NCBI RefSeq assembly: GCF_000143415.4
Contig: NW_003314270.1
Coordinates: 2,039,048-2,103,047, forward strand
DNA from: Selaginella moellendorffii
Taxonomy: Eukaryota; Plantae; Lycopodiophyta
Direction of reading: 5' to 3'
DNA length: 64,000 bases
A program made the translations under genes and the position numbers. Below the pieces are notes generated by a model, which did no database searches, had not been told where the DNA came from, and saw only the letters and a list, made by a program, of their open reading frames with translations. Shown here piece by piece: positions 39,101 to 51,118 of this stretch; position 1 is the first letter of the stretch, and each line of letters begins with the position of its first letter.

Positions 39101-42100
39101 ACAGCTTTCCAGCCAGGCATGCGGATAAGCAACTCTGAAAATCTTCTACCATGGAATATGCTTCTGCTGCTTCATCATAAATCTTTGCTTGTTCAAAACA
39201 TTGGGCAGCATTTTCCCAGCGCGGCGGATTGCACTTGTCCCTGTACAACACACCTGGAAATGACAGAAACGTTAGTGATTCAAAATCGCTACGTATCACG
39301 ATTACATGAATTAATTACCAGCTTGCTTAAAGTTTTTGATCTCCGTCAAACATCTTGCCGCAGCTTCGAACTTCGCAATTCTCTCATAAAGGTTCACTGC
39401 GTCTTGTAGCTGCTGAGTCGCTATGGTGGGATTCCAGACGAGATTCTTCTCCCCATTTTGCTGGTGCAGAGCAGCTTGTGCCCACTGAGCTCTATACGAA
39501 TCATGAGCTCGTTGGTAGCACAAGACAGCCATATCATACTGGCGGTCGTTGAACATCTGTCGATAAGAACACGTAAGTTTATGAAGAGACTTGTGGAGCA
39601 TTGGAAACTAACCTGGCGTCCTCGTTGTAGCCACTCTTCCCGGGTGCTGATTCTATGGAAAGAAGAAACGAGGGATTCGTCCAGACTTCTCGACTGAACC
39701 AAGTCTTTCGTAATCCAGTAGTCTAGCATGGGCTGCTGGAAAATAAAGTCCTCGTCATATATCCAAAGACGCTGCTTGGACCTTGTAATAGCCACATATA
39801 GCTGCTTCAGTTCGTTACACAGGATGTTGTGAAGCCTTTTCTCGAACTTGGGATATCCCTGACAGCAGCAGTTCACAAGACTTGTCTCGTCGAGATAGGT
39901 GTACAGAGTTCTCCACTTAGAGCCGAAGTTCGACAGCGCAAAAAAGTTGTACAGTAGAACATCCTGAAGAGACTGTTATTTAAACCGCTAAACTTCTATC
40001 AATTGACTTACCTGGAACTCGAGACCTTTGCATTCTTCTACAGTAAGCACCAAGCTTCGCGTTCCTAGTCGCTTTAAAAGTTTCTGCTTGGATTCACCAT
40101 CTCGCACTAGAATCACCTGCTCGGCTCCAAAGTCGGACTCCTGTCCAAAACCTCCACTGTGATCAAATAGGCAGGTGATGAGGTTGTAATTCTCATCGGA
40201 CTTCACAACAACGGGCTTCTCGCCACATATCAAACTCCGCTCCGGTTCCAACTTGTCAACTGTTTCCGGAAAGAAGAACAACAGCAACTGCATAATGCTG
40301 TCCGCGAGCTCGACAACCCCTTGGTGAGTTCTAAAATTCTGCGTCAGCTGATGGATATTACATAGTGCCTGCTTCCGCAACTTCCCATCTTTCGTGATCT
40401 GCCTCCTGTCGTCAATTTCCAAAAACTCCTTGTAAAACAAACTCCTGATATCCTCGAAACGAAAGTTTACGCCTTTAGCGATTGTTTGTGCCGTGTCTCC
40501 AGCAAAAACAAATCCTTCTGCAACGTTGTCAGAAACGAACTTGAGAAGACTGATCTGAGCCAGAGTGAGGTCTTGGACCTCGTCGACGTATATAAACTGA
40601 AGCTTCGGTCCTAAAGGTTCCCCACCCTCGATCTGTCGATATAGATATCTGACGTGGTCCAATATATCATACTCGTGTCGCTGTGACTTTAGCTTCTCGT
40701 ATTGTAGAAAGAGCTCATAAATATTTTCTCGTTGGCTCTGGTCCAAAGTATAAGAAGACATATAAACGTAGTCATTTCGAGATAGCCGTCCTTTATGGCT
40801 TCGTAGAGATTCAGGCCTTCCTTTAATCGATGACATGATCTCGGTGAAGACGACTGAGGCATCGAACTTTTTGGTGAAGCTAGAGTTCAAATGCGGCCAA
40901 TAGCTTGCGGCAAAGCAATCAAAATCCACCTCTTTTCTGGGCTGAATCCGTTGAGATGTCTTCGGAGTTTCATAAGAGATATCAATGTCGTCATTTGTAT
41001 CCAAGCGATCGCTGTCGTCGCAATCTTCAACTCTAATAAAAGTTCCTTGCGCTGTCTCCATGTCCCTCCTGGCGATAAAAGGTCTCGGAACGCTGCCATC
41101 GAGCATGGTTAAAAACTTTCGATACGTGATGACGAGAGGAAATGCTTGCGGGGATATGTCGACGAAACTGTCAGGTATGTCGCTGAACAACTTTTCTTCT
41201 GCTTCCTCGTCCAGCAGTAAGCCTTTTCTCTCATACATGTCATCTTTGTTGACAGCGTTGCTTCGCTGAAGAGATCTATGATTTCAAAAGTTAAATCAAA
41301 CAAAAAGGCACTGAACTCTTACCTGCGTGTCCTTTGAAGGTGAAGCTTAATTGCCGCGCATAGTTTTGAGCTGACAGTTATCAGAGCTTGACGTACTACA
41401 GTTTGAGCCGGAGATTCACCTTCAGCGAGCCCATGAGATAGACGAAACTGTTGCTCTCGGTTAAGCAGCTTCATGGTTATAATTGTTGTCTTTCCTGTCC
41501 CCGACCTTCCGACGACGAAGGAACTCCAGGGGAACTTAACAACTTGAGATTCTTGATCTGTTACCTCGAATGGAGGATCGATTTGGCTACCGTCGGTGGC
41601 TGTTAAGAGCTGTCTAGCAATACCTGTTGATAGAGAATAAAACTTCATCAACAGTAAGCTTTCTGACACGCTTGAGTTCTCGCCAGTCGTGGTCTCCTCG
41701 TTCGCCTCAGAGCTTGCAATCTCTTTGAAGGACTTATGCCGAGCTATTTCAGCTCCAGAGCTCCATCTAGCAGGCACGGCCAGCTTCCTACAAAAAGATA
41801 CTGTGAGTCCCTTCAATATTGAGAAGTTGGGACATATGTACCCGTCCGTAAGGCGTTCGCTCGATCTTCTTAAATAAGCACCCGAGTATGTAGCACACAG
41901 GTTCTCAAGACGGCTGACAATCCTAGGAAGGCCATCAAGCTTTAGAAAATCCCAGAACTTTAGGACTTGAACTGTGCAATCGGCGTCCAAGTCAACCGTC
42001 CAAACTAGATACATTTCCATCGTAAGATGAAACTGAACGTAGTTTCGCTTCGTGGGAACGGGGGCCGTAAACGCGTGTCTCGGACGACGTCCATTGGCAA

Positions 42101-45100
42101 GGTTGAGAATGGCATTTAGCACATGCAACTTTGTCGATCCCGACGAGATGGACGTGAAACTAACTTTGAACTCTTTGCTGAAAAACACCTGCAACTAGCT
42201 CTTTGTTAGCATTACAGGACTCTAAACAGCTTGAGTCTTACCTTCCAAACGTTATTGCTAAAAAAATCTGACCGGGGATCCACGAGAGACTCCAGCTGGT
42301 GAATTTCCGCCATAGCTCTTTGAATAGTTCTCTTTACGGTAGAATCCTGTGAAGCTTCTCTATAACATTTCCTATGCCGCGCATCGTTGAGAAGCTGTCT
42401 CCAAACACCGTCACTGGATTCCAAAGTGTTGGCGCTACCGACAATACAAAGAACGTGCCTACAACAAAACTTTTCAGCTGTAAGCTGCTCGATAGGCAAG
42501 TCGAAAGCTACCTTGCGCGAGTTATTGCAACGTTCAATCGTCGATGATCTTCGAGAAAACCCAGGTAACCACCAACATTTGACCGAACGGTGGACAAGAT
42601 AATAACATCTTTTTCGCGTCCTTGAAATCCATCGACAGAACGACAATTGATGCTTAAACTTCCATGGTCCCAGGACTTAAGCCGATCGTTGATGGCCTTC
42701 ACCTGAGCAGCGTATGGAGATATTATGCCTACTTCTAATTTTTCGCCTGGAAACAAAAGTCAGTTTCAGGAGAATAAAAAGACTCCGCACCTGATTGGTG
42801 AAGCATCTTGAGGAGGTGCATCACAACAAGTACTTCCACAGCATTGCTCTTGCTGTGCTTTTCGTCTTTCGTTTCAACACCGTGCACGTTTAAAAATGTG
42901 TAAGGACCAAAGAGCTGCGATTGTGATAACTGGCCATAGAAGTCATCCACAACATTTGGCCCGTCGCAGATTGCACCTTCATAGAACTGGAAATTTGGAA
43001 ACTGACTGATAGAAGGATGCATACGGTACTGAACGTTGAGCATTATACTAGGATGTCCGAGGAGCTGCAGCCTCTCAAAAAGACTTCTGCCATAGCTGTA
43101 GTCCTGAGCAATCTGGGAAACCACGAGAAGCGAAATTTCAGATGAAACCAGGAGGCTATTGACCAAACAAAGTTACCTTGCTTATAACAGTCGCTGGTAA
43201 TTGTTTGTGATCCCCAACTAATACCAGCTGCTTCACGTTTTGTAGACCCATCACAATTGCTGTCTCTGCTTCCACAAGCTGGCCCGCTTCATCGATAACC
43301 GCTGTATAAAAATGTCGAGAGGTATTCTGCACAATTCTCATGCCTGCAGAGGAGACCGTGCAGCAGACTACAGACGCGTGCCGCAGAAGTTCTTCACCAG
43401 TAGGAATTTTACCAGGCGGGTACGTCACAAAATCCATGTTTGTCTTCAACAGGTTCAGAAGAGCTGCTGCGGCCCCTGAAGTAGAACTGACGTAGTTCAG
43501 AACTTCAGAGTCTTCGCGAAATCGTCCAAAGGCTGCATTGATCTCGGTGACGTGGTGTCTGGCTCCAAGGATATCAGTAGACTTGAGAAAGGTGGACGGC
43601 AGGTCGTTGCACACTAAGTCAATGCTACTCAGCATCTGATCCCCAAGAAACGTCATTCTCTCCCTGGAGAAGTCCAGGAAGCTCTCGGCAGGCTCGTCGG
43701 GCTTCTTATCCTGCTTATACTGCCTATAGCGTTCTTCTGCATTCTCCAGAAAGTCCACGACAGAAAGAACTTTCTGTTGCCACCCGCAAGCAGTAGCGAG
43801 GACAGTCGCTAATCGTTCTTCTCTGCTCTGAAGGAAAACAGCGTCAAGGATCTCGTTGTCATCCACTTGAAGATTTTCTTTGTTGCCCACCAACACGACG
43901 TCACGAGGACATACGGTCCTTGTACACCCGATAAAAGAGGAGGGCTGCTTTGTTATCGACGTAAAAAGCCTCACCACAACCTCAGTTATGGCGGCATTTG
44001 TCGGAGCAGACATAAGTATCCGCTTGCTGGAGCCGGCAAGCACAGAGATCAGAGCTATGAGCATCGATGTCTTTCCTGTTCCGGGCGGTCCTTGGATCAG
44101 TCTCACATAAGGCTTCTGTTCCCTCTTCAGAGCGATAACAGTCCTCGAGACAGCTTCCATTTGAGAATCGTTGAGCTTAAACCACCTTGCGCAACTAATC
44201 TCGGAGCTTGTCATACCTTCGACGTCATCTATCTCCGGTTCACCCTGCAAAACAAAAACGCGTCTTAACTAGATATGTAAACGAAGCATGAAGTTTCTTA
44301 CCGAGTTTGCTTGGAGAACTTCTTGAAATATAGGATATTGACCTGCTAGAGCCAGTGAAGGACGTTTCAGAGCCTCCCAAACTCGCATTCCAGTGGCGAG
44401 GGAGCTCAAGTAGACAGCATACCACGGTCGATTGGTTTCAAGGAAGGGGTCGTACTCGGAACTGTAGATAGGAGCGTATACGTCGACTTTGAGCTCGTCA
44501 CTGTCCATGTCGTCGCCAGCGATAATAAGAGCAAGAGTATAAAACTCGCCACTATCTCGCAGAATCGTCAGGCAGTCTGGCTCTGCTGTTGTCAGGAGAA
44601 CCAAATCCTTCGGCTTTAGTATGTCTTTCGAAATTTGCATCTTAAACCTTCTGATCTTGTCATCGCCATCCCGACCACGGACTTCCTTGCCCATCTCGAC
44701 AAGAACGCAAGGCAACTCGTTGATCATCTCAAGACTTTGCTGCAAGGCGGCGCGGGTCTCTTCAAGTAGAAGAGGTCGGAATACGCTCAGATAGTTTTTC
44801 AAATCCGGAAACTCCAAGGGAATTTTGTCAACCTGGCGAGAGCAAGACAGTCACTCGAAGCCAATCACCAAGAGCAAAAAGAAGAAAACCAACCTGATTG
44901 ACGAGCAAGCTTTCGTTGTTTATGTTGTCCAAAGACCATGCCAGAACTTGGCGTGAAAGAGTTTGCTCCTCCGCGGCCATTCCTGGATTGCGGAAAGAAA
45001 CCTCTCTCCCAGCGAACTTTGGCTCCAGCTTCTTGAGAAACTCCTTGGAGGCCTCGACAACCTCCACGGGGATGCGCTTCCCAAGCTCCCTAAACACCCA

Positions 45101-45448
45101 AAGCCTCCGGTTGTCCAAGGTGTACCACGCATTCTCGTGGTAGAACACGCGAATGGGTGGAACTTCTTCCACCCCGACCGAGCCATCTCTCAGCTTGGCC
45201 AGCAGCCCTTCCAGGCTGCCCTCCGCCGCGACCTGCGCAAAGCTCTGCGAAGATCCTTCCTTCTCAGCGCCTTTCCTTAGCAAAGCCACACTCTTTTCAA
45301 ACACCGGCCGCTGTGAGAACCTGATGGATTTCGGATCCATCCACTCGATATGCTGCGATTTCCCTGGCGCCGACTCGCAGGAGCTCATCCCTCTGCCGAT
45401 AATCGCATCCGGCGCCTCCTGATCACTAGAATATTCACCTTGCTCCAT
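36173..45448 (-). CDS. Giant TRANK1/LBA1-type dual helicase: ParB-like + Sen1/UPF1-like SF1B helicase + RelE-like + UvrD-like SF1A helicase + TPR
   Basis: Helicase 1: [54 protein letters not shown]. Helicase 2: [48 protein letters not shown]-like AAQCFEQA repeats and a Lys-rich C-terminal tail. ORF blocks join through short GT-AG introns. Confidence 0.9.
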
Positions 45449-45718
45449 CGCCTCTAAGTACGATCGTCCCAGAACCGCAAGAACCCAGGTGCGATCGGCC
45501 TAGAACTGGAAGAGGATCGATCGGCACACCTGCATTTACCGATTTCGTAGAGGCATCGCGATCGATCACGCAGAGCCCTAGAATATGAGCGCCGCGAGCG
45601 GCAAAGCCGTAAGAATTTAAAACGAGCACCAAAATTTTTACATTTCCTATCAACGTCCATTCATATAGGCCGTCCCGACCTATACGAGCGTGAAACCCCG
45701 GCCACCGTAAGATTCTCT

Positions 45719-46307
45719 CTAGCGACCATCGCCACCGTCCACCAAAGCGTTCTCTTGGAACTCCTCTTGCCTCTCCTTTTGGAGATATATCTCCAGCTGC
45801 TCGCGCTGGTTTTTTACGTTGTTCCTCGCAGTTCCAACCTGTGAAATTCCAGTTTTTGATTCGATAAAACTCCAAGAAAAAAAGTAAAACGAGAGAACGA
45901 GAGAGAAAAGATCGGTTTTCTTTCGCTACCTGTTCGTTGAGCTGATCGATCAACACAGACTGCGATGCCATCTTAAACTTGAGCTTGTCGATCTGAGACG
46001 TAAGCTCGTCTCTCTCCTTCTCGGCCCTGGATTTTGCCTGAGCAATTCGAGATCTAGTGAGAAAAACTAAAGAGAGCAACCGAGAAAACTAGAAACCAAC
46101 CTCCGTGACGTGCTTGCAAAGGTCCTCCAAGCTCATCTCGTTCGCTCTCACTTTCCGGATGAACGCCTCTCTCTCGCGCAGCAATTCCTCCACCGCTTCC
46201 AGTGCTCGTCCTGGATCATCCTCCGGGTCTTCCTCTCTTTCTTCTTCCTCCCAAAGTTTCTCTTCGTCATCCTCGAGCGCCACCGCCGCGTCTAGCCGCT
46301 CCTCCAT
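45719..46307 (-). CDS. Small acidic coiled-coil protein (~144 aa, 3 exons), function unknown
   Basis: Spliced MEERLDAAVALEDDEEKLWEEEE..LCKHVTE/AKSRAEKERDELTSQIDKLK..QLNEQ/VGTARNNVKNQREQLEIYLQKERQEEFQENALVDGGDGR*, with canonical in-frame GT-AG introns. Confidence 0.65.
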
Positions 46308-46385
46308 CTCCCTGTAGCCAAAACTGTTTGAAACAGTTCCTTTCCACGCCACGGTGTAATCGACCGGTAAAGCATATTCCCAATG

Positions 46386-49368
46386 TCACGAGGCCTCGAG
46401 AGAGGCCAAGTTGGACATAAAGGTTGATCCAACTGTCGATCCGGCTTTGAAGAACACGGCTGGAAGTCCAAGCGGTGCATCGATCCAGGCACTCGAGGAT
46501 TGCTCCGCAGAGCCGTAGTTCCTGTTCGTCCAGACGTGCACCCACACGTCTCCCGCTGGAAAATAAGCACGGACCTTTCGTTTGCCTCTGTTGAGCACTG
46601 GAACGACGAGAAGCTCCGAGCCAACTAGAAATTGCTCGTAAGTGATTCTTTGCACGAACTCGTCCTGTGGATAGTGAAGGAAGAGGTGCCTCACGACGGG
46701 CATACCTCGACTTGCCGCTTCCTAGATTGCAAAAAAAATCATTCCTTCCAAGCGTAAGCGCGAATCTATGCAAGGAGTTATACGCACCTTGACAAGTTCC
46801 TTGCGGTAAAACTTCCACGCTTTGAAAATCCTTGCGCACCTAGCAAAGTGTTGCAAAGTTCGCGCATTCGTGTAAAACTGAGAGTTCGCTCCAGGATCGT
46901 TTCCCTGGAAAAGGAAAGTTTTGCAAACCATTTCTAAGAACCTCTTTCTCGTACCTCGTGCGTTCTGAAAATCACAGAGAAGGCGTTGAGCTCCATCCAG
47001 CGCATGAGAAGCTCCTCACTTCGCACGTACTTTAGAAATGGAAAATTCACCGTTGTGTAGCCGCCAATATCACTGTGATTCAGAGAGTATCCGGAGATGC
47101 CACTGCTCAGCAGTCCAACAACAGCGCTTTTTATGCCATCGTTCCTCTGCCAGCTGACCATTTGATCTCCTTCCCAGAACAGGGTCGACCACTTCGGACT
47201 TCTCATAAACCCCGCTCGCATGAAAAACACAAGTTTGTCGATGTCACCGTTTTGTAACTTGTGCTCTTGCTCCCATTCTTCGACGACCTCCCTGTTGAGC
47301 TGAGCCCACAGCTCGGGAAATCGATTGTGAAGGAGCGCTGGATTCTCGTCTGTTGTACACAGGCTTGTCAGGAACCATCCAGTAAAACATCCACAAAACT
47401 ACCTGAGTGAATGACCGAGTCGAAAGGTAATGCTTCGCCAAAGTCCGCCATCCACCCCGAAACTCCAGTACTGATCATGTCTCTCAGTATCTCTTTCAGC
47501 CAGCAACGAGCTTTGGGATTTGTAAGATCAATGACCCCTGCGTCAAAACTCGTGTTCGTAATCATGTAGACGCCTCCACCAGGCTTACGCACCAAGAAAC
47601 TCTCAGCTAAAGCTTCTTGCAATAGATTTCTTCGTTTCGCTTCCTTGCTCTCAACCTTTACATTCAAGGTAAGACATTGGCATCGTAAAGGAAACTCTGA
47701 AAAGAGACTTACACAAGCGAGGAGAGGATTGCAGTACGTCATTGTTCGAATGCCCTGGGATTTGAGCTCTTGCACAAGCTCCCCCCATCCTTGGTAATGA
47801 TCCGTGTCTGCTTCCCAGTTCCACCAAAGTTGCCATCCTATGCTTGTTTTCCTTTGGCCAACCCAGTCCTGTGCACAAAGAAAACGAAATCTTTAACAGA
47901 AGTCGGAGGTGAAAAAAAAAATGGAGAAAAGAAATACGAACTTGCAACCAGAAGGCAGCTATAGGAATGTCGTGCTTCTTAAGTTCAGCATGTATTTTCT
48001 TCACAGCGTTCGTTCCACCTTGCATACCAATGACAGCCCCTTGATGAATCCAGTCCGGAAGCTCTCGCATTCTTCCAATGCTTTCAGTATAGCGCATAAG
48101 CAGCTCTGCGGGTGTCTGTCCATGTAAGATCCGGCCTTCCATCGTTCCCGAATGTACCTGAAAATCACTCTCATCTTAAATTCAGAAAAGGAGAGACAAA
48201 AACAGAACTTACTTGTATTTGAACTCGATCGTGACGACGCAGATCAAAGACGGAGTACTCGTAGTTTTCAAGGAACAAACACCGCATATCCGAGGTCATG
48301 TAATATGGCGATGGTGCATAAGTTGTGTGCCAGCTTCCTCCAGATCTAGAAAGAGAAATTCCAGAAACAAGTTGAAACTTTTGAAGCATACCTGTAAGAT
48401 AGAATGTTTGCTGCAGCGGTAATAGGCTGGTCACCTCTTCCGACGCCTTGCTCCTGAACGAGGATCGGCACTCTCCGTCCTTTCAGATCTAAGCAAGAGA
48501 ACTGCTCGCCAAATCCAAAGAATCGTTCGTTTCTGTGAGAGATGTACGTCAGCTGGACCCTGTTAAAATCCGGAACTTCGTCAATATTGGCTTGCTCAAC
48601 CGGTCGAACTCGTAGCGAGCCATAGCTTCTCCGTCTAAAAATTGATCGTTCCGTCCAAATCCTCTCTAGCACGTCAAAATCACTTTTAAGTTCGGCTTGG
48701 AGCTCGTGATAATAGTTCTCCACTTGTTTTGGTGGCGCGATCCAGAACGGCTTATCAAGCTTGATCGTAAAACCAAGGTGGTGAGGCCTCTTCTCTGTGA
48801 AGCAAAGCGTGTAGCAGACAGCAACACTGTTGGAGCAGTCTTTCCTACGAAAGAAAGGCCGCGGAGAATTTAACGCTGTTTCTGCCGAGAACAAAGTCCC
48901 AGTGATCACCACTGACGAGCCCCCACTCACGGACAACGGGGTCCCATCTCCATCTTTTTGGTTTGACAACGAAACGTGATCATCCGCTAGCTGACTTTGA
49001 GCGCTTGAGCCCGCCAAAGAGAGGATCTTGTCAACACTTTGGTGCTTACAAATTAGCTTGACCTCGTCCTGGATCCCAAACGATCCCCGAAACTCCTCCA
49101 CCGTTTCCACTCCCAGAGCCGCGGTGACGAAAGAAAACCCAGGAGCTGTGGACCAAAGGCTTCTACCTGGCTCGCTGCGATGCTCCACGCTTAAAAATCC
49201 CCCCTTGTCCGGGTTCCAGCAAACCAGGAATCCATCGCCCACCGGAAGCACCACCACCTCCCCAAGAGCCTCGCGATCGAAGAACAAATTCCCCTGGACG
49301 AAACCCATCGATTTGGGCTGCCGCGGGAAGGGAGAATTCACCATTCTCCTCCTCTCTTGCTGATCCAT
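46386..49368 (-). CDS. Glycoside hydrolase family 31, YihQ/sulfoquinovosidase-like
   Basis: GFGEQFSCLDLKGRRVPILVQEQGVGRG, WLQDWVGQR, nucleophile GWMADFGEALP, WEGDQ, HSDIGGYT, RTHEGN and LVAP-like LLVVPV. Start approximate. Confidence 0.92.
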
Positions 49369-49654
49369 TCCGCTCAAGAAAAACAAAACAAAAAACTTAT
49401 ATGGTAGCTACAAATGTGATCGGTGGCTTTTATAGAGTGGATCGCGATGGAAAGGAATAGATAAAGAACACGGGAAGAAACCGAGTAAATAGCCAAATTG
49501 GCCACTTCAAAGTCCACATCTGCAAACCATAGATAATCCCGAGACATAATGGATCTTCCCTGTGACACGCGACAAGCCCACTTTGACCCATTTTGCCGCG
49601 ACGCTAGCCTAATCGATCGATCAGCGCTTCTTCATCTCTTCCTCTTCGCAAACC

Positions 49655-49796
49655 CTAATCCACGTGATCCTGGTCCCTGAATCTCCACCTGTCCAGATTC
49701 ACTGAATGTTCTACGTACAAAATTTCAATTTTAGGGTTCTAATCCACGTGATCCTGGTCGATGTGTCTCCACCTGTCCAGATTCACTGAATGTTCT
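49655..49796 (+). repeat. Tandem ~58-bp duplication, each copy with a G-box (CACGTG), in the GH31/beta-CA divergent promoter
   Basis: ctaatccacgtgatcctggtc....tctccacctgtccagattcactgaatgttct at 49655-49712 and 49739-49796. Confidence 0.85.
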
Positions 49797-49922
49797 TTTA
49801 AATTCTATATTTTATTAAGGTAAATCTGTTTTCTTTACTCTAACAGGTGTCCTTACATTTACATGCCAACAAATCTAGTCTTATCCGGTTCCAGGAATGG
49901 GGTTTAGGGTTCCACCGTTTCA

Positions 49923-51118
49923 ATGTCAGCTTCAGACGACCAAGTGTGGGTCGTCTTCAGGAGGAGGTCTCTTCTCTCCTGCTGCGTCCCCTTCACCGAC
50001 GGTGATGAGGTCGACGTAAAGGTTGAGAGAAGATCGTTGTTGCGGAGGAGGCTCACTTCAGCTGCGCACAGCATCAGAAAGTGTTGGCGCCCATTTGTAA
50101 GTTGCTTTCCCAAGCTTCAGGTTTTGATTGTGTGCAGAAAGTCTGGGAACCGCGGTCTACTAAGAAGAAGACACCTGCTGAAAGAATTCAGCAAGGCTTC
50201 AAGACATTCAAAAGTGTATATCAGTATGTATGATCTCGAATCTCTGCGCTTTCATTCTCGCTCAAGCAACAATTTTCAGAAGGAATCCAGGCTTCTACCA
50301 GAATCTAGCAGCTGGACAACATCCCAAGGTACATTTCCTGGCCTCACTTTTTAATCGTCATATTTTCACTAGTTCATGGTTATTGCATGCTCCGACTCAA
50401 GAGTGTGTCCCACGACGATTCTGAACTTTCGACCAGGAGAAGCATTTGTTGTTCGGAACATTGCCAACATGGTGCCTCCGCCGGAACAGGTATTCCTTTG
50501 AAGTTTTCCTGTCTTCCTCTTAAATACCCTCCTCGCAGGCTGGTTATCCTGGAACGAGTGCAGCTCTCGAGTATGCAGTAAGAGTTCTCAAGGTATAGCA
50601 TTTCTAGGAAAAAAGATGAGCGATAGCAGCGTTTCGGTTGTAGGTCGAGAACATTCTGGTGATTGGGCATAGCAGATGCGGAGGTATAGACGCCCTCATG
50701 ACTTTGAAAGAGAACACAAAGAGATGGAGGTACTTCTGAATGCTTTCTAAGTTTTTAGCGAAGTGCAATGTCCTCAGGTTCATTGATAACTGGGTAAAAA
50801 TCGGTATTCCGGCTCGAGCTGCGGCCTTAGAAGCAACTCGGAAGAATCCGTCATTACAGCACAAGTGCAGGACATGCGAGAGGGTAATTGGTTAATGTTC
50901 TTGTACAGAGACGTCTTCTAAACAGCGCCTTCCACTTCCATGGGCAGACTTCTGTGAACGGTTCACTGGTAAATCTTCTGCGTTTCTCATTCGTCAAGGA
51001 AGCAGTAAGCAATGCCAAGCTCCAACTCCACGGTGGTTACTACAACTTGGCTGAAGGCTCTTTCGAGTACTGGAAGTTTGGAGCTAATGGAAAGTCGGGC
51101 AAAGTGTTGAAGTTTTAG
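49923..51118 (+). CDS. Beta-carbonic anhydrase, multi-exon
   Basis: [40 protein letters not shown], zinc ligands [17 protein letters not shown]. Start approximate. Confidence 0.93.

Noticed and set aside
45435-46079. 214-aa ORF as an N-terminal extension of the helicase
   Set aside because: Different frame and spans introns and the UTR of the small coiled-coil gene, which has its own stop at 45719.
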